NCBI RefSeq assembly: GCF_028641065.1
Contig: NC_073406.1
Coordinates: 16,926,001 to 16,990,000 of the forward strand
Source of the DNA: Leucoraja erinacea
Lineage: Eukaryota
Reading direction: 5' to 3'
DNA: 64,000 bases
How positions within the stretch are numbered: the stretch's first letter is position 1; each line of letters opens with the position of its first letter. Shown here one piece after another: positions 37,305 to 51,100 of the stretch. The translations under genes and the position numbers were made by a program. The notes under the pieces are model-generated. The model saw only the letters and a list, made by a program, of their open reading frames with translations. It did not search any database and had not been told where the DNA came from.

Positions 37305-37744
37305 AGGATGCTTTCTATGATGCATCAACAGAGAACAGTGTGCCTCCGTTGTACCAAAAATCGTACGCCCCTCCTCTTCAATAGTAAAGCATTGCAGCAG
37401 AGGAGATAAACCAAATATGAAGATATTCATAGAAATAAAACAAAGTTATTTGGCATTTTATTTCCACATCAGGCAGGAGTTTGAGCAGAAAGCACTTCTC
37501 TTTATTCCTTTTCTTTAAACTGATAGTTGCTGGTTTAGTTGATTCAGAATTAAATTATACAGACCGCATCCAAAATTTAATTTCACCTGATTTACTAATC
37601 TCATGAGACAGCAGAGAGAATAATTGAAATGATACGATGAAAAGGAAAAAAACAGCTCAAGCTACTCTCTGTGATGCGAGTGGGCAATTCGGTGCAATAC
37701 TTGACGCTCAAGAAAAAGATGGCTATCACTCGAGTACTACTCAC

Positions 37745-37787
37745 ATTTACAAAGTCCCCTCCTTGTATCATGAAATCCTTTATTACT
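37745..37787 (-). CDS. PPIH: PPIH exon 5 (VIKDFMIQGGDFVN)
   Basis: 43-nt exon; FMIQGGDF cyclophilin signature; GTGAGT donor. Confidence 0.96.
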
Positions 37788-38916
37788 CTGGGGGGGGGGG
37801 AGAAAAAAATTTGCTTGAATGAAGAAAAACAATGATTCAAGAATACTTCACATGCACTGTTATAAATACCCATAAATGTAGTCAAAATTAATTCTAATGT
37901 TGCTAAAGAAAATAAATGCAAATACTGGAAATCAAACAAAAAAACTAGAATTACTCAGCCAATCACTTGGTACCTGTTCTCAGGAAAATGTTTCAGGTGG
38001 AAAGAATTAGAGACCCGAACAGAACAAAGGGAGCATAAAGGAAATAAAGAAAAGCCCCCCTCCCCCCTTAAATCTCTTTGCCTCTACAGCTTTCTCGTCC
38101 CTTTTATGACTTTAAAAAAAGCACTTCCATTTGGCTTGTTTTCCTCTGGGTCCATGGACTGCCTTTTTTGCTGCATTTAAATTAAATGAATACAAGTTGT
38201 TGAAAAGGAATAATCTGTTACGCACTTAGAAGAAAAACAGTTAAATGCCTAAAGCAACACAGGCTTTGGGCGAGAGGAAAGAGCATGATTAAAAAGGAAT
38301 GAAAAACACGTTTTAAAGGTTAATCCACATCTTTAGCTTTTCTTTACCCTCAGCCTCTACACCTGCTTCTCTTTAAATAATATTCATCTATTATTATTTC
38401 AATTCCGACAAAGGGCAGCACCTGGAATATTAGCTGCTTGGTGCCCTCACAGGGGTCCATTTGACCACCTGCTAATTTTTTTTTAATTCTAACAAAATAG
38501 TTCTATACATCACAATTTTACAACAAAAATATTTGAAATTAATAGATACACATATTCTTAAACAGAATATTCTTAATTTATAAGCCAAGGGAGGATTTCC
38601 TACATAAGAAGTGGGGCGGAGTATGAAAGTTCATTTGAGGTATCCTGCAAACAACAAAATACCATTCAAGATCTGTTCTCCAATATTTTATTTACTTTGT
38701 TATAAAATATATATTCTATTACCTCAGAGGGATCTATTACCTTAGAAGAGACTGCTAATGCTAGAATCTTAAGCAAAACACACATTACTGGGGGAACAGC
38801 AAATTATTTTTCACATAAAGAGTGCTGGGTGCCTGGAACACGCTACCAGGAGTGGTTGTGGAGGCAGATACAATAGTGACGTTGAGGTTCTTTAGAATAG
38901 GTATACTGAGAATGAA

Positions 38917-39223
38917 CTCCCCGATTGATTGCAACCTTGACGTGGTCGGGGAGCTTGTGTGTCTCAGTGACCCCTGGAGCTATGCCAAAGGCAGATTCGT
39001 CTGCTGTTAGGGTTTCCCATGCTGGACAGGTCGAAGGGTAGAGGCGAGACGAAGAGCGATCCACTGGTCCTCCAGGTTGGAGGTTGAGCACACGGCTAAC
39101 AACCCTGTCTCGTAAAACAAATATGTTATGGAAACAGCAACTGAAGGCTCCACCGGTTATTCTGAGTGGAGGACCTTTGTTGCTGCCCTACTTGCCAGGA
39201 GGCATAATAGGCAAGCCATCATC
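38917..39223 (+). mobile_element. RTE-related bipartite non-autonomous retroelement with 12-bp TSD
   Basis: ACTGAGAA(T/C)GAA at 38905-38916 and 39224-39235; GGTCCTCCAGGTTGGAGGTTG 5' motif; TGGAGGACCTTTGTTGCTGCCCTA 3' motif. Confidence 0.72.
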
Positions 39224-39359
39224 ACTGAGAACGAAGGAATGTGAATGATGTGCAGGCTGATGAGATTAGGTTATCTTAGCATTATATTCGGCAGAGGCAT
39301 TGTCGACTAAGCACTATGTTCACAAGTGCATTTATTTCACTTGGCTTTAAATGTAACAA

Positions 39360-39812
39360 TATAGGATGTTGAGGCTTTGGAGAGGGTGTGGAAGACATTT
39401 ACCAGAATGCTGCCTGGATAGAGGGTATTAGCTACGAGGGAGAGGATGGACAAAATTAAGATTGTTTTCTCTGGACTTCAAAGGCCGTCTACTGAGAGGA
39501 AGAGATAGGTTTTGACTGACTATCTTTTCTCCCAAGGTGGAAATGTCAAAGACTAGATGGCCGAACTTGAAGGTGAAAAGGCTAAAATTGGAAGATGTGC
39601 AACCAGAGTGGTGGGTGCATGGAATGTGCTGCCATGGAGGCGGTGGAGCCAGATAAATAGCGGCATTTAAGAAGTTTTTACATAGGCCAATGAAAATGTA
39701 GGAATGGAGGGATATGAATCATATGCAGAGAAGAGATTAGTTTAACTTGGCATTATGTTCAGCACAGACATTGTGGGCTGAAGGGCCTGCTCCTGTGCTG
39801 TACCGTTTTATG
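39360..39812 (+). mobile_element. CR1 3' fragment
   Basis: Decayed LERV...FTRMLPG and VVGAWNVLP regions. Confidence 0.7.
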
Positions 39813-40633
39813 TCTCAACAACTCATGGGGTAGGGAGTTGTACATTCTCATCATGTGTAACAGAGTTTATTTTCACCTAGTAAATGAGTTGATTCTGATT
39901 TCCCTATTGGATTTCTTGGTAATTATATTTTGCATCAATCAATCAAAATCTTTCACACTGACCAAGACTTTTGTTGACTCATTCCTGTGAAAATTATAAA
40001 ATCCCCTGCCTTCTCATCCTTTTCAGATAGATTGAACCTCACAGCTCTGGTATGATCCTAGTAGATTCTTTCTACAACCTTTCTAATGCCTTTTTCTCTG
40101 CCATGTTAAATAATGCTTACCATGTCAGAGGACATTCTCGGATCCAAGATGGATGCCAGGGAGCAATTTCATCAGTCCCTTTCTCTACACCCATTCAATT
40201 TATGTCTTTCACACGTACCGTTCAGCTACCCTTTTATTCATTTTGCCATTAACCAACATTAAGGGGCAATTTGAGGCCGCTCAATTTATCAGCACATGTT
40301 GGGATGTGGTAGAAAAATGGGGCAGCCAAGGGAAACCCACGTGGCGATCGAGAGAACATACCACATCTATACAGGCAGCATCCAATGTTTGGATTGGACC
40401 CAGTTTGCTGAAACTGCGAGACAATAATTCTAACTGCTGCACAAGCTTGTGTCCAAAATCGCACATGGTTTGCACAGTGTTATAAGGAAGCACCACTGTC
40501 AAAAGTTCTTAATTAAGCGCAGAGTCCTGCAATATTTACATAATTTTATCTCGGGACAAGTTCTGATGGAGTGGTGATAGATTTTTATCTCTGATCATAA
40601 TCCAACACTGGAATTTAAAAAGTCACATCATAC

Positions 40634-40678
40634 CTGTGGAACGTACTTCCTTTGTAACCAATAGGAACCCCATCCTTC
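40634..40678 (-). CDS. PPIH: PPIH exon 4 (KDGVPIGYKGSTFHR)
   Basis: 45-nt exon; PPIH-type KDGVPIG loop and YKGSTFHR catalytic motif. Confidence 0.96.
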
Positions 40679-41687
40679 CTGGTGAAACAAGTAAAATAAA
40701 ACTCACTTTTATTGAAATGGAGCTGATAATATTCAAGGTTCTTGAAACGAGCATGGTGTTAATGTTCAATCCATGTTGGTGCCCGAAACAACCTGCCATG
40801 GGTGGTGGCGGACACAGATACACAATAGTGGCATGCAAGATGCTTTTATCTGGGCACATGGATACGAGGGGAATGCAGGCAGAGGATATTAGTTTAACTT
40901 GGCATCATGTTCGACGTGGACATTGTGGGACAAAAGGCATGTCCCTGAGCTGTACAGTTTATTGTTCCAAGAGAGCAGGGAAATTAAGATTTAAGTGGTG
41001 GCTTCCAATCCTACTGGGACATAATAGACTCAGTGAAGTAAACGTGTTCAATCTTGTTCTTGTACATAGTGATCTGCACTCTGCAATATGGTGATTTGTT
41101 AACTGATTTCATCACTGCAACTTATTTCAGCAACTTTTACTAGGGGCAGGAGACATCAATGGGAAAACCCAAATTTAATCAAAAAATACAAAGTGCAGGA
41201 GAAACACAGCTGGTCAGACAGCATCTTTGGAGAATGTGGATAGGTTACGTATATTTTTTCAGAAGGGTCCCGACCCGAAACTGCACCTAGCCATTTTCTC
41301 CAGAGATGCTGCTTGACCCAATCAGTTGGTCCTGCACTTTGTGTCTTTTGTTCTAAACCAGCACCTGCAGTTTCTTCCTAAAAACATGTTACAAGATCTT
41401 TATAGTAGAGAGCAGAACTCAGTAACTAGGTTCACCAAAGTGAAAAGGAAGCACAATGAATTATTTCAGGAAAGAAAGTGAGATAATGCACATGTAAATA
41501 CTGAGTCTTTAGTCCACTAAAGAAGATATTATCTAGCCACTTTTCACCACTAATGTAAAGGGGAAAAAATCTGCTCAGATACTGGTACCACTGGATAAAC
41601 TGGATCATGGGCTTGTATAGTTTCCAAACTGGTGGGAACATCAAACCAAGACCAAAGACTGTATATGCAACAAAAAAATGCACTGAC

Positions 41688-41711
41688 CTGAATTCTCCGG
41701 TGCAGAATTGT
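41688..41711 (-). CDS. PPIH: PPIH exon 3, microexon (QFCTGEFR)
   Basis: 24-nt exon, TAG/GTCAGT boundaries, frame continuous. Confidence 0.93.
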
Positions 41712-41808
41712 CTAAATAGAGAAAAAAATAATTAGCAATAATGTTACAATGATTTAAAGTCATATTTCAGAACATGTTAAATACAGAGGTTAATTTAACA
41801 GTGTCCAC

Positions 41809-41873
41809 CTGATGTTCTCTGCTATCCTGGGTACAACGTCAGCAAATAGTTCAATCTTCATCCGGCCTACTTC
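41809..41873 (-). CDS. PPIH: PPIH exon 2 (EVGRMKIELFADVVPRIAENIR)
   Basis: 65-nt exon, TAG acceptor, GTGGAC donor; matches cyclophilin H. Confidence 0.93.
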
Positions 41874-44280
41874 CTATTACACAAACAAAAGTACAATTTT
41901 ACAACAGTTACAATCTTTTCCAAGGAGATTTGTAGAATTTTTTAAATGGTAGGATCCAGGATATCACCTTGTGGCTGTCAGCTCAAGCAAATTTTGATGT
42001 GAAAATTGAAGCACTTAAGTGATGTTAGACTGGAAGATGTCAATGTGCAAAGGGATATGGATGGTTTTATGCAATAGTTTTTTGAAATTAAACATGCAGG
42101 TGTACACAATGTTAAGATGACACTTATTGCAAGAGATTTTGAACATCACAGCAAAATTGTCTTACTAGAGGTGAAACTCGGAATTGTGCATGAAATTTTA
42201 GATCTCCTCAGCTAGAAACGAGTGAGGGAGTGCAAAAACGGATTCCTCGGATTGCAGGGCAGTCGTACGAGGAAAGAACGGCCTGACTTGGTCCATATTC
42301 ATTAACGTACTGAAAAATGACAGGAGATTTCATTGAAGCTTGCTAATTTTTGACAGGCATCCCCATCTTCCTGGAACCAATGGAAGCAGAACACGTGGCT
42401 AGATGTAGTGATATGTAGAGAAACTCAGAGGATGATGAATACACCATTCTGGAATTTCTTACCACAGAAACTGTAAGGGCCAAGTTACTGCATATATGTA
42501 AAGAGGATAATGATAAATTTCTTGGCACGATAGGCATCATAGGGAAGGGGAGAGTTCAGGAAAAGGCATTGCATTAGTGAATGAACCATACTTCGATTGA
42601 ATGGTGGGGCATGCTTAAAGGGCCAAATAGACTAGGCTTGTTCCCATTTTTCTATATTTCTCTGAATAATCTAAAGCACAAAGCAGTTAAATTCTAGCAC
42701 CAGAATAAACTGTGAAAATCTCCTCAAGAAGCACCTCACTCACAGTACCTTATTAAAGCTGGTATTACATAGAGAAGTACAGCACAGGCCCTTCAGCACA
42801 CAATGTATGTGCCAAACACGATGCCAGAATAAACTAATCTCATCTGCCTGCACGTAATCTATATCCATCCATTCCTGTACAGTACTTGGCACAATAATAC
42901 AGGAAAGATACGAGTACACTGGACATGAAAGATACGAGTACACTAATGTTTGTTAGAATCAGAAAGTTTTAGCCACGAGGAAAGAATGGGACTATTTTAG
43001 TTGGAACAGAGGGGACCGAGGGAAGAATTGAGGTATCGACATTTATAAAGGGCTCAGAGAGAGTAACTAGGATGACTTATTTCCCTTAACTAAAAATCTA
43101 ACATCAGGGAGAAAGATTTATAGTACTTGGTAGGAGGATTAGAAGAAAGACGAGGACAAGCATTTCACCCCAGAGTCTTGTAGGGAGTCGGACAATAGAA
43201 CAGTCAAATTCTTACTTGCAGCCACATTAACACAACAAATACAATCTATAATACACTAAATGAATAATTAGTAATTATCTGGTTACTTAATGTTACAGTA
43301 TTAATTAATTGGATTATTGCTTACAATATGTTTATTTGCTGTGTTCTTGCATTAATTGGCCAGTGTACTCATATCTTCCCTGTATTATTGTGGCAAGTGC
43401 TGTATGGGAATGAAGGGATATAGATCATGTGCAGGCAGATGAGATTGGTTTATTTTGGCATCATGTTCAGCACATACACACAGCAGCAGCAAGCAAGAAT
43501 TTCATTGTTCAGTTGCCATGTGTGTTCGACAATTAAACACTCTTGACTACGAACCGGATGGTTGATTGAAGCAGAAACTCTCACTGCATATAAATAATGT
43601 CTACAAGCATACTTCAAGATCTATGACCTGCAGGGTTCAAGTGCTGGGCAGATCCAACGTGACTGGCACAGATACGAAGCATTAAATAGCCTCCTTCTAC
43701 ATCATACTTTTTCTATAATTCTAACCATATATTGTGGCGGGGAGTCTGTATCGCTTTATAATTCCTGCATGGTGCACTGCCATTTCTGTCCACTAACATT
43801 GTAATTATAGAGTCATGCAGCTTCAGGCCCTTCAGCCCAACTTGCCCTTGCCGACCAAGATGCTCCATCTACACTGTTCCCACCTGCTCATGTTTGGCCC
43901 TTATCCCCAATAAACCGTTCCTATCCATTATCTGTCCAAAGTATAGTATAGTTAACGGTAGTGAAAGGTCTTTCCCATAGACCGTCTCAATATATTTGTC
44001 TATGAGTAAAAATATTTCATTTTTCACAACCAAGCAAACTACACATGGATATCCTGAACTAGCAGTACAAACTCATCTCTGGGGGGTTATGGCAGTAAAA
44101 TGCTAACAAAGCATTTTTTTGAAGCAACAAACAATCTGCTGGAGGAACTCAGTGGGGCGAGTAGCATACAGGTAAGGAATTGACGCCATTTCGGTTCAAA
44201 ACCTGCATCAGGACTGGTCGAGGTTTCGAGTCAAAACCCCGCACCTTAACTCCAAGCCTTTTTGAATTCAGATTGAAATG

Positions 44281-44447
44281 AAACATAGAACATAGAAAAT
44301 AGGTGCAGGAGTAGGCCATTCGGCCCTTCGAGCCTGCACCGCCATTCAATATGATCATGGCTGATCATCCAACTCAGTATCCTGTTCCTGCCTTCTCTCC
44401 ATACCCCCTGATCCCATTAGCCACAAGGGCGACATCTAACTCCCTCT
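44281..44447 (-). mobile_element. CR1 3' end
   Basis: Near-identical to 6680-6850. Confidence 0.85.
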
Positions 44448-44520
44448 TATGAGAATGAAGAATGAGTTTACATCACCCTCCCCCCCCCCACCCCGCGCCC
44501 CAGGAATTAAGCCAATATAT

Positions 44521-44700
44521 NNNNNNNNNNNNNNNNNNNNNNNNNNNNNNNNNNNNNNNNNNNNNNNNNNNNNNNNNNNNNNNNNNNNNNNNNNNNNNNN
44601 NNNNNNNNNNNNNNNNNNNNNNNNNNNNNNNNNNNNNNNNNNNNNNNNNNNNNNNNNNNNNNNNNNNNNNNNNNNNNNNNNNNNNNNNNNNNNNNNNNNN
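44521..44700. other. Assembly gap (180 N)
   Basis: N run flanked by TA dinucleotides. Confidence 0.99.
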
Positions 44701-46049
44701 ATGTATATATATTTGGAGGATTTGTCCGAGGTCTTCCCTGAAAGTTTGATGGATTTGCACCCTCCTAATATGGACTTAATTCCCAAGGCCTGATGTTTAA
44801 ATTCCCAGAACATGAAAATCATGAATTAGAAAGTGTATATATAATACCCATCCGAGAATTTGAAGTACTTCTGCTCCGCTTTTTATATTCACTTAAATCC
44901 TCAACAAAACTGTCAAATTCTTAAACCTCAACTCCATCACTACCTTACAATCTCCCTCAAAAATACCTCAATCTAGTTTTTTTCCACACAAGTTTACAGA
45001 TAATGAGAAGCTTCAAATCAATGGTTACAGAAAGACCATTATGAAACTATTACATAACTTGCTGGTTGAGATTATTAACCCATGCAACCCTCCACTTGGT
45101 ATTTGTTTTGAGTTATTCTTCCTTCCCATCAATGGAAAGGGCAGTTTCTTCAAAAACAATTATCCTGATCATTAAAATGTTCTGACTATTTGACAAAACT
45201 GATTCTTCTAAATTACTTAATATTCAATCAATCAGCTAATTGGACCAATCAATAAATAAAAGACCATTAAATAAAATAAAGAAATCTGACTTATTTTACT
45301 GGACACTTAGTAATGTGAAAACTGTGATTTAATGTGCATACTTTTCAAACACCGGCCCTGCTGAGCGCCCCCATCCCCCTGGACTGTCTCCCTCGGATGG
45401 TCACGACACACAGCTTATTTATTTATTTTAATTTTCTTTTTCATCGGTTGGAGCTGCATACTAAATCTCGTTGCACTGACGTGCAATGACAATAAAAGAT
45501 ATTATTATTATTATTATTAAATTATTTCCAATTAAAATGATTGTGGATTCAAAATGAAGGCAAAAATTTAATCTGCAGAACCAAAATTGTTCAAATTCAA
45601 ATTATAAAAACGTAGGCAGTGTACTAGGGCCCATTAAACGCTCATTCAACTGTCAAGTTATATGATTTTTAAAAATCTCCTTCATCAACAGTAACTGTTA
45701 CAGACTGAATTCGTATGAAAACACACAACATTCCAAACAGTTGAAACCAGCACAGACACGAAAAACTGTAGATGCTGGAATCTTGAGCAAAACACAAAGT
45801 ACTGGAGGAACTCAGCATCTGTGAAGAGAAAGGACAGGTGCCATTTTGGGTCGGGACCCTGCCCTTAGAAATGGCACTGAATAATACTTGAACTATCTGA
45901 ATGAACACAATGAAATAATTGAACACCAGTGAATATAAAGCTCATTAATAGAATTAAATATAAAATCTAGACGAATGCCTAGCCTATACTTTTGAGTAAA
46001 TCCTGCCCTCTAAAATATTTGATGATATTTAAGTTCAGGTAATGTAGCT

Positions 46050-47000
46050 AGTCCTCGCTCTCAACAACTTTACCTTTGACTCCCTTCACTTTCTCCAACA
46101 TATAAACGTAGGCAGGGTGCTTGCATGGGCCCCAGATATGCCTACTTTTTTGTAGGTTACATAGAACGGATCTTGTTCCAAACGGTCACTGGCACTATTC
46201 CTTCACTACATCAACAATTGCATCGGGACAGCTTCCTGCAGTCGTGCAAAATACATTTTTTTAATTAACTTCAACTTCCACCCTGGCCTCAAATTCACCT
46301 GGACTGTCTCTGGCACCACTCTCCTCTTTCTTGATCTCTGTCTCAATCACAAGGGATAGACTATCAACTGATATCTACTATAAACTTACCGACTCCCAGT
46401 TATCTGGACTTTAGTTTAGTCTAGTTTATTGTCACATGTACAATGAAAAGTTTCCTCGTACCCTGGGCCTTGTAAAGATGCTATTCCCCTACTCTTAATT
46501 CCTCCATCTCTGCCGCATCTGTTCTCAAGACGAGGCTTCCAGTCTAGGATAGCCGAGATATCCTCATTCTTTAAATAGTAAACAGTAATAGATTACAGTA
46601 AATGTTGTATGCTCCTGCTGTCACAGATGAACCCCTCACCCACATCCCCTCTACATACCATAGTATTGCTCTTGCTCCCCCTACCCCCAGGCGGAACTAG
46701 GAAACAGTTTGTAGGCCTAACATATCCAACACATTAGCCTCCAACATTTCCGTCACCTCCAACCCACCACCACACCTTCCCACCCCCACTCCTTGCCACC
46801 ACTGTCTGCAATTTCTTGGTTCCCTCCTTCCTTCCCACGCAACCCACCCCTTCCCTGGGTACTTTGCCCTGCAACTGCTAGAGATTTAACACCTGTCCCT
46901 AGGGACCCTAGCAGTCTTTCCAGACGAGTCAGGGTTCACTTGCACCTCCTCTAACCTGATCTACTGCATCCGGTAATCCTGTACATCGCCAGGACTAAAC
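46050..47000 (+). mobile_element. Degenerate Penelope-like retroelement (RT and GIY-YIG remnants)
   Basis: LNNFTFDSLHFLQ, MGPRYAYFFVGYIE, TDIYYKLTDS, FLHLCRICSQDEA, FTCTSSNLIYCIR in shifting frames; followed by the short-repeat motif at 47210-47330. Confidence 0.8.
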
Positions 47001-47467
47001 ATTAACTTGCATCCATTTCTCCCCTCTCCCACCCCTTCCTCTAACCTCACAATTTGCAACTCTTTTGTCTCAGCCTCTGTCTTTTCATCTCTAGCCTTTA
47101 ACCACAATTTGCATATCAACCCACACCCACCCTCCTGCTACATCTGAATCAACCTATTCCCTGCCAGGCCCCTCCTCACTTAACTTTCTTCCACCCGCCC
47201 CTACAATCTGGCTGAAGCAGGGTCCCAACCAAAAACATTACTGATCCATGTCCTCCAGAAATGCTGCCTAATCCACTGAGTTACTCCAGCACCTTGTGCC
47301 TTATTTTGCAAACCAGCGGCTGCAGTCCCTTGGCTACTCTAAATATGCTGACAGTCTATTTCAGGAAGTGGACACAAACTAAGAAAAGCCTCTCTTAACC
47401 TTGACTTCTTTACATCTTCCAGTTTTTTACATTATTCGAGAATCCCTCAAAGTTCATAAAGCAGTGT

Positions 47468-48165
47468 TCGAGCAGAGAAATCTTGGAGTGCTGGTGCATG
47501 GTTCCTTGAAGGTAGAATCGCAGATTAATAAGGTGGTCAAAAAAGCTTTAGGCACATTGGCATTTATTAGTCAGAGTATTGAGTATAGAAGTTGGGAGGT
47601 CATATTGAGGTTGTATAAGACGTAGGTGAGACCACATTTAGAGTATTGTGTTCAGTTCTGGGCACCATGTTATAGGAAAGGTGTTGTCAAGCTGGAAAGG
47701 GTACAGAGATGATTTGTGAGGATATTGTCAGGATTAGAGGGTCTGAGCTATGGGGAGATGTTGAGCAGGCTGGAACTCTATTTCTTGGGAGTGCAGGAGA
47801 ATGAGAGGTGATCTCTTAGAGATAAAATCATGAGAGGAATAGATCGGGAAGATGCACAGAGTCTCTTGCCCAGAGTAGGTGAATCGAGGACCAGGGGACA
47901 TAGGTTTAAAGAGAAGGGGAAAAGATTTAATAGAAATCTGAGGGGTAACGTTTTCACACAAAGGGTAGTAGGTGTATGGTACAAGTTGCCAGAAGAGGCA
48001 GTTGAGGCAGCGACTATCCCATCATTTAACAAACGGTTAAGACAGGTACATGGATTGGAGGGATATGGCCAAACGCAGGCAGGCGAGACTAGTGTAGCTG
48101 GGACATGTTGGCCAGTGTGGGCTAGTTGGGCCAGAGGGGCCCATTTCCACATTGCATCTCTATGA
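47468..48165 (+). mobile_element. CR1 3' fragment
   Basis: LGVLVHGSLK, RPHLEYCVQFWAP, TRGHRFK, FTQRVVGVWYKLP. Confidence 0.88.
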
Positions 48166-51100
48166 CAGTAAGTGGCAGACACATTAACTAATTAGTATAA
48201 AATTAAATTTAATGTTTGCAGAAATTCTTAAGAAAGCAATGCACCAGTACCAGCATTAATGCGATTTCTCTTAGAGTAAGACTACAACAGCACAGAAACA
48301 AAGCATGCAAACAATTTACTTGCTGATCATAAAGTTCCACAATACTAATCTGATTTACCACCATATAAAAAAAAGAAATATAAAACAGACCGAGTTTCTC
48401 CCCATTATTAAAGCACTTCACCCCACATAACATTTTGGTGAATTTCCTCTGCACTCTCCCCAATGTGATTACCTCCCTTCTTTTCCACGCCAACACTTTC
48501 AGCGATTCTTGTACTTGTATCAACAAGGTCCCTCTTTTCTTCAAAATTTCTCCAAATTCCTATCATTCCCCACATATGTTCCACCTTTACTATTCCTCCC
48601 AAAGAACATCTTGCACAAATCAGAATTAAATTCAGTCTAGCATTGATCTGACTATTATCAATATCATTCTGTGGCCTGACTGTACTTATTATTATCAATA
48701 CTACCAATTTTCAAGTCCTTTGTAAGCCTACTAACCATACCTTCAACATTCACCTACAAATTGTTAACATACAAGGCAAACAGTAAGATTTTCAGCACCA
48801 ACCCCTTTATACACTACCAAGGAATTGTGCAAGACAACATCTACCGTAAAAATACAGCAGTTTAATAAAAAGGAACGTGTCTTTTCTTGGTCACTAGATA
48901 GACCCCTTGCACGGGGAGATGGGGAGGAAATAAAAATATTTGACCTATAATGAGACATTAAGAAGATACTCTCAAGTTTAGAAGAATGACAAGATATTCT
49001 CATTGAAACAATGAAATGTTATGGGGCTTGACAGAGTAGGTGCAGGGATAATGGGTCTGCTGCATTGGAGTATCCAGAAAAAGTAAGGCCATCTATTCAG
49101 GAATGTGACATACATTTTTCTACTGAAGAGGGCAATGGATGTTTAGTTACGGATGTTTAGCGAACCAAAAGTATGGTTTGCGTCTTATTTTACTGTAGAT
49201 GTTGTGTTGGACAATTCCTTGTAGCTATTCATGACAGATATCAATGGATTTTGGGGTAGCAAAGGAAATCATGGGACCTGGGGTTAGTGCAGGAAGATGG
49301 TGCTGAGGTAAGAGGTCAATTATGATTGGATTGAAAGGCAGAATAGGCAAGGCCTAAAAGCCAATCAGCTTCTATTTCTTACTTTTGCATGTTCTGAGTT
49401 TTGCATCAAATGGAGACCTATACTCATATTAGCGTCAATGTCCAAAAGTGTGGTTCGCATCTTATTTTTTAAAGCATCAACAAGGAAGAAAGAGAGTTTT
49501 GCAAAGGGAATTGGAGGTAATAGGGTCTTGGTATAGCCACCAGTGAGCTGTTAAACATGGGTGTGTTCAAGAATTGTACTAATGTATGGAAACAGGAAGG
49601 TGGGATATGAAAACAAGACATGCCCAAATGAAAGCCAAAGGAAGTCAGTGGGCACAGGGCAATGAATGAACAAGATTTGATATGTTAGGATAAATGTAGC
49701 TAGGTTTTGTCCAATTCAAGGAGAACAGAATGAGGAATTGTCAGATCTAGAAGTAGAGGTGTGAATGATGTTATCACACCAAGTGAACTGACAATGCCAC
49801 AGAGGTGGGAATAGGTGGCGTATGATGGTACGTGCATGCAGTCTGGGTTGAAGGATAGAGGGAGGGAATAGATGGCTAGGTCAGCAAAGTGGCACACTGG
49901 TAGAGTTGCGGCCTTATTGCGGCGGGAACCTGGGTTTGATCCTGATTATGGGTGGTGTCTTAATTCTTCCTTTTGACGGCATGGGTTTTCTCCGAGTGCT
50001 TCAGTTTCCTCCCACACAGGTCCATACAGGTCTGTAGGCTAATTGGCTTCTGGAAATTGGCTCTATTGTGTAGGATAGAGCTAGTGCACAGGGTGATCGC
50101 TGGTTGGCGCGGACTTGTTGGGCTGAAGGGCCACATTCAACGCAGTATCTCGAAAGTGTAGCCTGAATTTGTCGAATTCAACATTATGCCTGAATAACTA
50201 AGATGGAAATTGTAGAGGATGATCTATTGAATCTCCTGATCGGGGGTAGCGGTTGAAGTCAAAGGAAACCTATCCTTTCTCTGATATAAGGAAATGGAGT
50301 GAGGAGAAATACAGGAAACAGATCATGTGTGGATAAGGAGCCCACCATTTATGGTGGAGTGAAAATACATTTGCAGAGAAAAACAGTAGGATGAGAGAAG
50401 GAGAAAGGCTCTAATAATGGGACAAATGCAAAAACTAGAAAAGTGGGATGGATTCCTCAGAGAGAGAGGGGGGGGGGGGGGGGGGGGGGGTGCGAACAGG
50501 GTTGCTGTGGTAGTTGATCTTCTCCGAGGGTCGCCACCTTGTCATGGTGGAGAATCTTTATTTGCTCATGTCAAAAAGTCTATTCATCACAGCCTTGACT
50601 GTACTCAACAACTGAGCATCTCCAGCCCTATGAAATAGGACAAGTTAATCATTTACATCTCTCTGGATAGAGACATTTCTCCCAAATGCCTGACCATGTT
50701 TGACTGTGACTATGCTCCCAGATTGCAATCTCTTCAGTCGAGGAAATAGTCTGCCGACATCTAGAAAACGCACAAAATTGTGGAGTAATTCAGCAGGTCA
50801 ACATGGACAGGTGGCATTTCAGGTCAGGGCCCTTGGTCAGGCTGATTGGGGAAAGGGAGGACGGGGAAAAGGGAGATGGATGGGAGAAGGACAAAGTATA
50901 ACAGGTAATAGGTGGATAGAGGTGAAGGGGGAGGGGGAGTTGATAGGCATATGGTTGGACAAAGGCCAGAGATGAAAAGGCAGAAAGAATGAGACAAAAG
51001 GATTGGAAAGTTACAAGATGAGAAGCCGGTGGAAGGAATGTTGGTGGAAACAGCATCTGTGCTAACTGTCCCTCTCAGGGGATCATGACAGAAGCCTCCC

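Noticed and set aside
44436-44822. ORFs spanning the N gap
   Set aside because: Artefacts of translating Ns
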